Assembly: GCA_963758525.1 (NCBI GenBank)
Contig: CAVWVQ010000003.1
Coordinates: 2,976,001 to 3,040,000 of the forward strand
Origin: an uncultured Phycisphaerales bacterium
GTDB taxonomy: Bacteria > Planctomycetota > Phycisphaerae > Tepidisphaerales > Tepidisphaeraceae
Length of the DNA: 64,000 nucleotides
Direction of reading: 5' to 3'
A model generated the notes under the pieces. That model saw only the letters and a list, made by a program, of their open reading frames with translations, was not told the DNA's origin and did no database searches. The stretch's first letter is position 1. Every line of letters starts with the position of its first letter. Below, in pieces: positions 9,706 to 19,600 of this stretch. Position numbers and translations under genes: made by a program.

Positions 9706-10731
9706 ATGCCGCTGATGACCACCAAGCCGATGTTCGACCTTGCCTATGACGGCGGGTTTGCCGTTGGCGCTTTTAACGTCAACAACATGGAATTGGCCCA
9801 GTCGATCATCGACGCGTGCGCCAAGGAGAGCAGCCCGCTGATCCTGCAGATCAGCAAAGGGGCCCGCAAATACGCCAACATTCGCTACCTCAAGCACATC
9901 ATTGACGCGGCTGTCGAGGATCACCCGGAACTGCCCATTGCAATTCATTGCGATCACGGCGACACGCTCGACCTGATTCAGACCTGCGTCAACGACGGCT
10001 ACACCAGCGTCATGATTGACGCGAGCCATCACCCGATGGAGGAGAACATTCACACGACCGCCGCGGCAGTGAAGATCGCTCACGCGGCCGGCGTGGTTGT
10101 CGAGGCGGAACTCGGAATGCTCGGCGGGATCGAGGAAGACGTCGTCGGTCTCGATGCCGAGGAGTATGAAAAGAACGTCGAGAAGTTTCTGACCGATCCC
10201 GACGAGGCGGCGACGTTCACGAAGGCGACTGGAATCGACAGCCTTGCGGTCGCGATCGGGACCAGTCACGGCGCCTACAAGTTCAAGCATGAAGCGAAGC
10301 TGGCGTTTAACCGCATCGAGCAGATCATGAAAACGTGCCCCGGCTTGCCGCTGGTGATGCACGGCTCGAGCAGCGTGCCGCAGGAATTTATCGACCTGGT
10401 TAACAAGTATGGCGGCGCAATGCCCAACGCCAAGGGCGTGCCGGAAGATCAGATCGCGATGGCGGTGCAGAAGTATGGCGTCTGCAAGGTGAACATCGAC
10501 ACCGATCTTCGCCTGGCGATGACCGCCAAGATCCGCGAGGTCTTCGCGACCAAGCCCGCCGAGTTTGATCCGCGCAACTACCTCGGGCCCGCCCGCGAGG
10601 CGATCACCAAGATGGTGCAGCGAAAGCTCCACATGCTCAACAGCGCCGGCAAAGCCGAGGCCATCAACAAGCATTGGGAAAAGAGCGGCAAGCCGCTGCC
10701 ATTGTTCTATCAGAAGCATGCGGCGGCGTGA
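9706..10731 (+). CDS. fba: Class II fructose-1,6-bisphosphate aldolase
   Basis: AVGAFNVNNME, HCDHG, SVMIDASH, EAELG, AIGTSHGAYK, LVMHGSS, KVNIDTDLR; AAAGGA before ATG 9706. Confidence 0.95.
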   Translation: MPLMTTKPMFDLAYDGGFAVGAFNVNNMELAQSIIDACAKESSPLILQISKGARKYANIRYLKHIIDAAVEDHPELPIAIHCDHGDTLDLIQTCVNDGYTSVMIDASHHPMEENIHTTAAAVKIAHAAGVVVEAELGMLGGIEEDVVGLDAEEYEKNVEKFLTDPDEAATFTKATGIDSLAVAIGTSHGAYKFKHEAKLAFNRIEQIMKTCPGLPLVMHGSSSVPQEFIDLVNKYGGAMPNAKGVPEDQIAMAVQKYGVCKVNIDTDLRLAMTAKIREVFATKPAEFDPRNYLGPAREAITKMVQRKLHMLNSAGKAEAINKHWEKSGKPLPLFYQKHAAA

Positions 10732-11951
10732 GATTTCAGGGCAGAAATGTCCAATGCCCAATGGCCAACAAAGCACCAAACCCCAATGCCCAAGGTTGGT
10801 TCTTCCCGTTGGTCCTTGTGGCTTGGGATTTTGTTGGCCATTGGGTATTGGCCATTTCTTCGTCCCTGGCGTCTCTCTTTTCGGAGCGGCGCGCAGGCAA
10901 AAAACAGGAACAGACCCAGTGGCCCTTTGCGCATGCCGTCCTTCTGGTCAGCCTGCTGAGCCCAAAGGTCTTCGCCGACTGGTCTGAGCCGAAGGACGGC
11001 GTGTTTACCGAGCAGCAACTGACGGCATATCTCGACACATCGAAGGAATGGATCGCCACGATGAAAGCCGCGGGGAAGCCGGTGGAAGGGTCGCCATCGG
11101 GATTCACCGCGCTGGTGCTCTACGCTCGGGGCAGTCAGCAATTCCACGATTCCCTGGCAAAGCATGGGCTGGAAGAAGCCGAATTTAACTGGCTCGGCAG
11201 CAAGACGTGGGAGGCCTGGAGCGCGATCGACGCCGATCAGATGGCCGCGCAGGCGGACGCCGACATGGCTTCTGAATCCAGGAAAAACGTCGACCATTTG
11301 GCGGATGACCAAGCCCGACTCGCGGCGTATCAAAAGGCGCTGGCGGAGGGGCGCAAGGTCATGAGCGCCGACGAGCGCGACGCTGCGATCAAGCAGGCGC
11401 AAAACGAGCAGCAATCCTCCACCGAAGAAGCGGCTCAACATGCCGAGGAAGCCAGGAGCGCTGCCGCGGATGCGGCCAAGTCGGATGCGGAATCCAAGGC
11501 TGACGACGCCTTGGCGACTGCTCCGCCGTCAAGCATCAGCGACGATGAGAAAGGGGCCTTCATCGACGGAAAGAAAAACGATGCGCAGGCGGCACGCGAC
11601 AGCGCGCAGGAAGATCGGATGAAGGCCGCCGATGCGAAGCAGGCCCAGGCCGACGCGGAGGCGAAAGCCGCCGTCGCGGCCGCGACGGCGCGCCAGCCGG
11701 ACGTTCCTCAAACCGAAGAGGAAAAGGCCGACTTCAAGAAGCAGAACCAGCAGATGATCGCCCAGCTCCAAGCGGATATCAGCGCCGCGCAGGATGCGAC
11801 AAAGCAACTGGCCGAGACCGGCGACGCAACCCGCAAGGCGCTCATGCAGCAGCGAGCGAAGATCCCCCAGGCCAATGTTGATTTGCTCAAGAAGCATCTG
11901 CACGACTTCGCCGATGTCTGGCAGATCAAAACGTCCGCGGAAACGAAATAG
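10728..11951 (+). CDS. Exported Ala/Gln/Lys-rich coiled-coil hypothetical protein; start uncertain
   Basis: GTG 10728 overlaps the fba TGA; signal-like AVLLVSLLSPKVFA-DW; long helical region. Confidence 0.65.
   Translation: MRFQGRNVQCPMANKAPNPNAQGWFFPLVLVAWDFVGHWVLAISSSLASLFSERRAGKKQEQTQWPFAHAVLLVSLLSPKVFADWSEPKDGVFTEQQLTAYLDTSKEWIATMKAAGKPVEGSPSGFTALVLYARGSQQFHDSLAKHGLEEAEFNWLGSKTWEAWSAIDADQMAAQADADMASESRKNVDHLADDQARLAAYQKALAEGRKVMSADERDAAIKQAQNEQQSSTEEAAQHAEEARSAAADAAKSDAESKADDALATAPPSSISDDEKGAFIDGKKNDAQAARDSAQEDRMKAADAKQAQADAEAKAAVAAATARQPDVPQTEEEKADFKKQNQQMIAQLQADISAAQDATKQLAETGDATRKALMQQRAKIPQANVDLLKKHLHDFADVWQIKTSAETK
10745..10858. repeat. Inverted arms of degenerate heptamer (CCAATG(C/G))n / (CATTGG)n
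   Basis: aaatgtccaatgcccaatggccaacaaa ... tttgttggccattgggtattggccattt. Confidence 0.8.
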
Positions 11952-11979
11952 CATGTCGCGATTCATGATGTCTCCCCAA

Positions 11980-12014
11980 GGTTAGCCGCGACGCGCAGCG
12001 GAGCGCGTCCGGAA
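11980..12014. repeat. Dispersed ~35-bp repeat (second copy 26634-26667)
   Basis: ggttagccgcgacgcgcagcggagcgcgtccgg vs ggttagtcgcgacgcgcagtggagcgagtccgg; both downstream of + strand stop codons. Confidence 0.6.
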
Positions 12015-12020
12015 CCTTCC

Positions 12021-12137
12021 CCGTGGCATGGGCGTCCCGCCCATGTTAGCGACGCAAAACTGAAGAGAATCCCTCGATATCAAGTGTTGTCTTACTTCCA
12101 TGCCGCTGGCACGGGCGAGACGCCCCTGTCACACGGG
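12021..12137. mobile_element. REPIN/MITE-like REP doublet (inverted copy 40298-40423, half copy ~35141-35189)
   Basis: CATGGGCGTCCCGCCCATG ... CACGGGCGAGACGCCC arms with shared spacer motifs TTAGCGACGC, CGATATC, TTGTCTTACTTC. Confidence 0.7.
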
Positions 12138-12186
12138 AAAGTCCGGTCGCACGAAACGAATCCCGCGACGCGAAGTATTCCCTAAC

Positions 12187-14262
12187 GTGAAACCAACAGT
12201 AGCGACGGCGTTCCTGATTGCAGCCGTAATCGGCAGTTCGACATTGGCGGCCGATCCTAAATCCGCGCCTGCGAATCCAGCCCGCCTGATCCCTCCCGCG
12301 GCTCCTGCCGACAAGCTCTTATCCATTGACGATCTCCATGATATCCAACAGGGCCTCGACGCGCTCGCGAAGGAAATCGACTCCTTGCGGACGGGGCTCG
12401 CCGCCAGACCGCAACTGCTGGCGTATCTGCCGGACGTGATGATTTTCGAGAAGGCCGTCCGATTCCCGCTTGCCGATCATGAACTTGTCGACGCTAAAGA
12501 GGCGCGGGCCGCGATTGCCGAGGGGATGAATCGGGCCAAGGCATTGCACGATGGAAAGACGCCGTGGGAATCGCTCAGCGGCCTGCGCGGTTACGTCTCG
12601 TCCATCGACGGATCGATCCAGCCTTATCAAATCGGCTTGCCCGCGGAGATCTCCGTCAATCACGTGCCCTGGCGGCTTGACATGATTTTTCATGGCCGCG
12701 ATGAACTATTGACCGAGCTGAAATTTGTCAGCGGCAAGGAGGGGCCGACCACCGGCAAGATCGTCCTCAAGTTGTACGGCCGCTACTGCAACGCCAGCAA
12801 ATTCGCCGGTGAGGTCGACGCGCTCGAGGCGCTGGCGGACGTGGAACGGCGTTATTCCGTCGACACCGACCGCGTGCTCGATATCGGATTTTCGATGGGC
12901 GGCGCATCGGCCTGGCAATTTGCCACCCACTACACCGATCTGTTCGCGGCGGCGTCCCCCGGCGCGGGATTTGCGGAGTCGGCCCAGTTCCTTCACATCC
13001 ACCACGACGAAGCGATGGCGCTCCCGTGGTACCAGCGAGTTCTGTGGCACCTCTACGATTGCACGGACTACGCCGTCAATCTCAATCAGCTTCCGATGAT
13101 CGCCTATGCCGGCGAAATCGATCCACAGAAACAGTCGAGCGACATCATGATGTCGGCAATGGCCGCCGAGGGGTTGACGCTCCGGCGGTTGATCGGGCCG
13201 AAGACCAAACATGCTTATGAGAAGGCAACCAAAGTGGAACTGGATAGGGACCTGGACGCGATTATCGCTGCTGGTCGCACTCGAACTCCCGAAACGATTC
13301 GGTTCACCACGTGGACGCTGAAATACAACCGCATGGATTGGATCACCATCGACGCACTGGATCGCCACTGGCTTCGGGCGCGGGTCGACGGCAGCTTCGT
13401 GCAGCCGACGGACTGTTGCGGGATCGGCTATGTGCTCAAGACGCAGAACGTCACGGGGTTGACGCTGAGCTTCGGGCCGGGTGAATCGCCGGTTGAGAAG
13501 GGAAAGCAGCCGGGCATCGAAATCGATGGCACAAAATTGATGGGCGCGGCGGTGGCCGACGACACCAGCTGGACCGGGCATTTCAAGAAAACTGCCGATG
13601 GATGGGCGATAGCGCCAGCCGCGTCCAGCAGCGGCTTGCACAAAGTGCATGATCTGCAGGGACCGATCGACGATGCCTTCATGTCGCGTTTCGTGTTTGT
13701 CCGTCCGACAGGCACGCCGATGAATGCGACGACCGGAGCATGGGAGTCCGAGGAACTCGACCATGCGATGAGGGAATGGCGTCGCCAGTTTCGCGGCGAG
13801 CCACCGGTCAAAAACGATGATCAGATCACCGCCGATGACATCGCCGCGGGCAACTTGATCTGTTTCGGCGATCCGTCGAGCAACAAGATCCTGGCCCGCG
13901 TCGCGGACGAGCTCCCGATCCAGTGGACCGCCCGGCAGATCACCGTGGGCGATCAGTCCTTCCCGTCCGATCATCACGCCCCGGTGATGATCTATCCGAA
14001 TCCGCTCAATCCCGATCACTATCTGGTGATCAACAGCGGCTTCACCTTCCGCGAGAACGATTACATCAGCAACGCCAGGCAGACGCCCAAGCTGCCGGAT
14101 TACGCGGTGGTGGATGTGAACGTTCCGGTCTCCAGAACGTCCCCGGGCGAAATCGCGACCGCCGGCTTTTTCGATGAGCAATGGCGTCTGCAACCGGACG
14201 GAGGAAAGCAGATTCTCACCGCGGCCGCGACAGATCCGCCCGGGACACAGCCGGCCAAGTAG
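12187..14262 (+). CDS. Exported alpha/beta hydrolase (prolyl oligopeptidase/esterase-like)
   Basis: Signal peptide from GTG 12187; FHGR, GFSMGG nucleophile elbow, GEID, KHAY. Confidence 0.8.
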   Translation: MKPTVATAFLIAAVIGSSTLAADPKSAPANPARLIPPAAPADKLLSIDDLHDIQQGLDALAKEIDSLRTGLAARPQLLAYLPDVMIFEKAVRFPLADHELVDAKEARAAIAEGMNRAKALHDGKTPWESLSGLRGYVSSIDGSIQPYQIGLPAEISVNHVPWRLDMIFHGRDELLTELKFVSGKEGPTTGKIVLKLYGRYCNASKFAGEVDALEALADVERRYSVDTDRVLDIGFSMGGASAWQFATHYTDLFAAASPGAGFAESAQFLHIHHDEAMALPWYQRVLWHLYDCTDYAVNLNQLPMIAYAGEIDPQKQSSDIMMSAMAAEGLTLRRLIGPKTKHAYEKATKVELDRDLDAIIAAGRTRTPETIRFTTWTLKYNRMDWITIDALDRHWLRARVDGSFVQPTDCCGIGYVLKTQNVTGLTLSFGPGESPVEKGKQPGIEIDGTKLMGAAVADDTSWTGHFKKTADGWAIAPAASSSGLHKVHDLQGPIDDAFMSRFVFVRPTGTPMNATTGAWESEELDHAMREWRRQFRGEPPVKNDDQITADDIAAGNLICFGDPSSNKILARVADELPIQWTARQITVGDQSFPSDHHAPVMIYPNPLNPDHYLVINSGFTFRENDYISNARQTPKLPDYAVVDVNVPVSRTSPGEIATAGFFDEQWRLQPDGGKQILTAAATDPPGTQPAK

Positions 14263-14473
14263 TGCTGACGACTCGCTCGCCGTCAGGGTTTGAGCGGTAT
14301 AAAGCTGGACCGCAATTCTAACTGTAACCTTCGGCTCCTCCGCGCGTCCTAGAATATGAACGATGGCAGCGGAAACGAAAAATAAACGCCTCGAATAATC
14401 ATTCGATCGTGTGGACGCGGAGAACTTCATGCGCCATATATCGTATGTCTGATGTAACGAGCCTCCTTCCCTG

Positions 14474-14511
14474 GGCGCCGTGGTTTCCGAGAGGACCACG
14501 GCGCCTTTTTT
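14474..14511 (+). terminator. Intrinsic terminator
   Basis: GGCGCCGTGGT-loop-ACCACGGCGCC followed by T6. Confidence 0.75.
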
Positions 14512-14592
14512 ATGCGCACGAACGTCCTTTGAGCCGCCGCCCGCAGGGGCCGCGATGTGCTTGCTCGCACGCCGGCTGCTCCCGCACCCTGA

Positions 14593-14967
14593 TTAGTAGC
14601 ATGACATCACTGTGGCGATCCAATGCGGTTCTGCGCGTACGAGATCGACAGCGAACTCGAGCACAGATCCACCCCTCGCTCCGATCAGCTCGATTGTGAT
14701 TTGATTTGGTGGCGTATCACGAATGATGAAACTTCCCGCTTCGATTCTTCGCACGCTCCCGCGATTACCCGTCAGCGGCCCCTCGTACGAGAGATAGTCC
14801 CGTCGATGATCCGCCAAGCGGAGCAGCGGAGTCGGCTGATCGATGGGCCAGGCGTCGCTCCGCCAGGTCGAGAGCAATCCGCCCGGCGCGGTTTCAAACA
14901 TCAGATCAAAGTGCGGAGCATCAATGCCCTCGTGGCGGAGAATGACGTAGCGAAGAAAGGTCTGCAT
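14593..14967 (-). CDS. Stand-alone LigD N-terminal (phosphoesterase-like) domain protein
   Basis: YVILRH...HFDLMFE...TWR...DHRRDYLSYEG....RGSV. Confidence 0.75.
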   Translation of the reverse strand: MQTFLRYVILRHEGIDAPHFDLMFETAPGGLLSTWRSDAWPIDQPTPLLRLADHRRDYLSYEGPLTGNRGSVRRIEAGSFIIRDTPPNQITIELIGARGGSVLEFAVDLVRAEPHWIATVMSCY

Positions 14968-15021
14968 GATTGTGGTGCAGGCACTTCAGAGCAGGCTGGG
15001 AGCCTGCACCACAAAAAGCAA

Positions 15022-16089
15022 TTATGCCATCAGCACCGGCGACGGCACATACGCGCTGCGCACCCGCCCGCTCGGATCGACGCTGCTCTTGAGATCACAG
15101 GGATGAGCGTCGGCGCCCAGGCCCCAGTCGCGGGCGTAATCCTCCGCGATCTGCAGCAATTCCGCCTGCGAGAGGTTCGGCTTCCCCGTCGATTCCGCGG
15201 CTTCCTGAATTTCATGCTCGTTGAGAAATGTGCCGGTGATGCTCGTCAGCGCCGAATCCATCAGCAGCCATTTGCAGGCAAGTTGATGCACGGTCATCCC
15301 GTGATCCGAAGCGTAATGCCGCACCAGCTCCAGTTTTTTGAGGCCGTAGATCTTCCAGGATTGATCGCGGAACTTGCGGTGATCGCTCTCGCCGATGGTG
15401 GTGTCGAGTTTGACGACGTCCTTGAGGATGCTGCTGTTGTCGTGGACGCGGGCAAGCACGCCCGCGGCATGCGACCGCGCGACTTCGCAAAACTCCCGCC
15501 CCGGATTCTGCTCGAAGAGGTTGTAGACCGTCTGCACGGCTTTGGCTCCGTGATCCATCACCGCCTTGATCCCCTCCTCGCGCCATCCGATGGCCGGGCC
15601 GAGTGACACGCCCCAGACTTTGATTTTCCCTTCGTCCTTCACCTTTTCCAGCTCCGCAAACAGGTCATCGCGAAACTGCGGCAGCTTGATGTTGTGAGCC
15701 ATGTAAAGATCGATGACATCCACGCCGAGACGCTGCAATGATCGCTCCAGGGCGAGGCGCATGAATTTGGGGGAAAAATCCTGCTTTCGTTCGCTATGGC
15801 TGCCAGGCGTTCCCGGGTCGTTGTAAAAGTCGTAGCCGAACTTGCTGCCGATCTCGACCTGATCCCGCCGCACGGTTTTGAGGAACTTGCCGAAGACCGT
15901 CTCCGCCCGGCCGTTGCCGTAGGCGTCGCCGTTGTCGAAATAGGTGACGCCTTGATCGAATGCGAATTTGCACATCTCCATCGCGCGTTCGTCGGTGTAG
16001 TGTCCCCACCAATCGACACCGAAGATCCAGCAACCGAGAGAGACCGCCGAGACTTCCAACGCGGTATTTCCGAAGCGACGTCGTTCCAT
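15022..16089 (-). CDS. Aldo/keto reductase
   Basis: LEVSAVSLGCW, FDNGDAYGNG.AE, SKFG, SLQRLGVDVIDLYMAHN, GKIK.WGVS, YNLFEQ. Confidence 0.9.
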   Translation of the reverse strand: MERRRFGNTALEVSAVSLGCWIFGVDWWGHYTDERAMEMCKFAFDQGVTYFDNGDAYGNGRAETVFGKFLKTVRRDQVEIGSKFGYDFYNDPGTPGSHSERKQDFSPKFMRLALERSLQRLGVDVIDLYMAHNIKLPQFRDDLFAELEKVKDEGKIKVWGVSLGPAIGWREEGIKAVMDHGAKAVQTVYNLFEQNPGREFCEVARSHAAGVLARVHDNSSILKDVVKLDTTIGESDHRKFRDQSWKIYGLKKLELVRHYASDHGMTVHQLACKWLLMDSALTSITGTFLNEHEIQEAAESTGKPNLSQAELLQIAEDYARDWGLGADAHPCDLKSSVDPSGRVRSAYVPSPVLMA

Positions 16090-16690
16090 GATGAGATCAA
16101 TATACGGAGGAAGGAGCCAGAAGTCAGGAGCCGCAGCTGCGAGGGACGAGCGCGAATTTCCGGGCGGGAAGGAGCAAACTGCGTAGAGGACACCAGAGTT
16201 CCGAATCATCGAATTGCTTCTGCGTTATGAAGTCGGGTGATTCGATGGGACAGCCGCGTCTCCCGCTTCGTTAAAATGGCGAATCAGGGCGGGGTGAGTA
16301 TTTAAGCAAATCGAAGTTTGAGGGAGCGCACTTAGGGGAAACCCCGACAAGGAGGTGTGCTGTTAGAATTCACGACGGCTTGAAGCACCTGATGGAGAGC
16401 AATCCGGCATCGGAGCGTCACCGATTTCACGAAGTCCGCCAGCGAGCGACGCGGGTTTGGGTGTGTGCCGGAATATGCCCCGCAAATCATATTCGTGTGC
16501 GTAATTTTGTTATTGCGAAATGCAGACGCGTTTCTACAGTAGACGACATTTATTATAGGACGTGAACACCCGGCTGCGGAGACGGAGTTTCGCGAACGTC
16601 ACGCCCTTTTTGAGTTCCATAGGGACCAAACCAATCCAGGCTTCGCCGAATGAGCGGCTTGGGAGTGGTTCACATCAAGCGAGGGAAATC

Positions 16691-19600
16691 ATGGCGCTCG
16701 GTAATCGTTGGAAGGTGTCGCGGTATGCCAAAGAGAACCGTAAGCGGAAGGGCACTCGCCCACGGGTGGAAGGGCTGGAACTTCGCAGGCTGCTCTCGGC
16801 CGTTAATTGGATTGGTGGCGCTACTGGCGATTGGGACACTGCCGCCAACTGGAGCAATGGCACGACCAATGCAGTTCCCACCAGTGCGGATGACGTGACG
16901 ATCCCGAGCAACGTCAGCATTACCCATACCACCGGCGCCACCGACTCGGTGAACTCGATCACCTCCGGCGCCGGCGATACCTTGAACATCAGTGCGGGCA
17001 GCATCAGCATCGCTGCGACGTCGACGCTGGTGAATTTGGACCTCTCCTCCACGTTGAGCATCGCCGGCGGGACCACCGTCACGATGAGCGGGTCGGCAAG
17101 CCAATGGACTGCCGGCATCATCAACGGCGGGGGCACGCTGCTGACACGGGCACGCTGACCCTCTCGAGCGCCAGTGACAAGGACCTGCGAACCACGCTCG
17201 AAAACAAAGGCACCATCGTCGATAGCGCGGGAAATACGCGCTTCTACAACGGCATTCTTCAGAACGACGCGACCGGCATCTACGATTTTCAGAACGCGGC
17301 GCAAATCGACATGGCCAATGATGGCGGCACCAATGCCTTCAGCAACAGCGGAACGCTGGAGCATTCCACCGGCGCTGGTGCAGCGGTGTTCGACGGCAGC
17401 GTGCCATTCAACAACGCCGCGTCCGGCAAAATCACCCTGGGCGCGTCTGTGGGCTCTGTGTTGCTGGCGGGCGGCGGGACCGATTTGGGCGGGACGTTCA
17501 CCGTCGGGACAAGTTCCATCCTTGATCTGACGGACGGGTCCAACCCCACCTTCACGGGAACTTACACCGGCTCGGGCGGCGGCTTCGTGCAGTTGAACAG
17601 TGGCACCATCACGATCGGGTCCGGCGGCGCGACCTTCAACTTTCCGCAGAGCTTGTTCCAATGGAACGGCGGTTACATCAGCGGGAGCCCCACGCTGACC
17701 AATGCTTCCGGCGCTTTCATCAATCTGGATACCTCGACAACCAAGTCACTTCGCGCCCCGCTGGAAAACAAGGGTACGATCATCGACAACGCGGGAAACA
17801 CCGACTTCTACTACGCCACCCTGCAGAACGACGCCGGCGCGGTGTACGACTTTGAGAACGCAGCCGCCGTTCACATGGCCAACGATGGCGGTACCAACGC
17901 CTTCAACAACAGCGGAACGGTCAAAGCCGACGGCGCCGGGACCGTAAACTTCGACGGGAGCGTGCCTTTCAACAATGCCGCCGGGGGCAAGATCACGTTG
18001 GGTGCTTCCGCCGGCACGGTCTCCCTGGCAGGCGGGGGGACCGACTTGGGCGGCACGTTCACCGTCGGGTCTGGTTCAGTCCTGGATTTGACCGGCGGGT
18101 CCAACCCGACCTTCACGGGTACTTACACCGGCTCAGGCGCTGGCTTCGTGCAAATGAACACTGGCACCATCACGATTGGTTCCGGCGGCGCGACCTTCAA
18201 CTTCCCGCAGAGCTTGTTCCAATGGAACGGCGGTTACATCAGCGGGAGCCCCACGCTGACCAATGCTTCCGGCGCTTTCATCAATCTGGATACCTCGACA
18301 ACCAAGTCACTTCGCGCCCCGCTGGAAAACAAGGGTACGATCATCGACAACGCGGGAAACACCGACTTCTACTACGCCACCCTGCAGAACGACGCCGGCG
18401 CGGTGTACGACTTTGAGAACGCAGCCGCCGTTCACATGGCCAACGATGGCGGGACCAACGCCTTCAACAACAGCGGAACGGTCAAAGCCGACGGCGCCGG
18501 GACCGTAAACTTCGACGGGAGCGTGCCTTTCAACAATGCCGCCGGGGGCAAGATCACGTTGGGTGCTTCCGCCGGCACGGTCTCCCTGGCAGGCGGGGGG
18601 ACCGACTTGGGCGGCACGTTCACCGTTGGGTCCGGTTCAGTCCTGGATCTGACCGGCGGGTCAAATCCCACTTTCACGGGTACTTACACCGGCTCCGGCG
18701 CTGGCTTCGTACAAATGAACACTGGCACCCTCACGATCGGTTCCGGCGGAGCAACCTTCAATTTTCCGCAGAACTTCTTCCAATGGAACGGCGGCTTCAT
18801 CAGCGGCGGCCCCACGCTGACCAATGCTTCCGGCGCGTTCATCAATCTGGATGGTACCAACGATAAAGACCTTCGCACGACGCTCGACAACAAGGGCACC
18901 ATCATCGATAACGCGGGAAACACGCGCTTCTATTACGGTGTTCTCGACAACGACGCAGGCGCCACATACGACTTCCAGAACGCCGCGGAGGTCGACATGG
19001 CCAATGACGGCGGGACCAACGCCTTCAACAACAGCGGCACGCTGGAACACTCCACGGGTGCCGGCACCGTGGTTTTCGAGAGTGGTGATCCGTTCAACAA
19101 CGCCGCGGCGGGAAAGATTACCTTAGCGGCAAATGTCGGCGGCATCTCCCTGGGCGGCGGCGGAACCGACGCCGGCGGAACATTCACCGTTGGTGCAAAC
19201 TCCGTACTCGACTTGACCGATGGCTCCGCGCCCACCTTGACCGGCACTTACACCGGATCGGGGGCCGGAACCGTACTTATGGCCACCGGCAGTCTCGATG
19301 TCGATACTGCAGGTGCGACCTTCAACTTCCCCGCGGGTCTGTTCCGGTGGGAAGGCGGAACCATCGCAGCAGCGGCTTCCAACAGCAACGTCCTGCTCAA
19401 CACCGGCTTTATCACGCTGTCGACTTCTACTGACAAGCTTCTGCGTTACAACCTGACTCTCGAGAATCAGGGGACCATCACCGACAATCAGGGGAATCTG
19501 CGGTTCTACTACGGCACCGTCCAGAATGACTCCGGCGGCGTGTTCAGCTTCACCAACGACACTGCGCAGGGAGAGGTTGACCTGACAAACGACGGCGGCA

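Noticed and set aside
17150..19330. Near-identical repeats as DGR template/variable regions
   Set aside because: They are in-frame coding tandem units with mostly synonymous, non-adenine-specific differences
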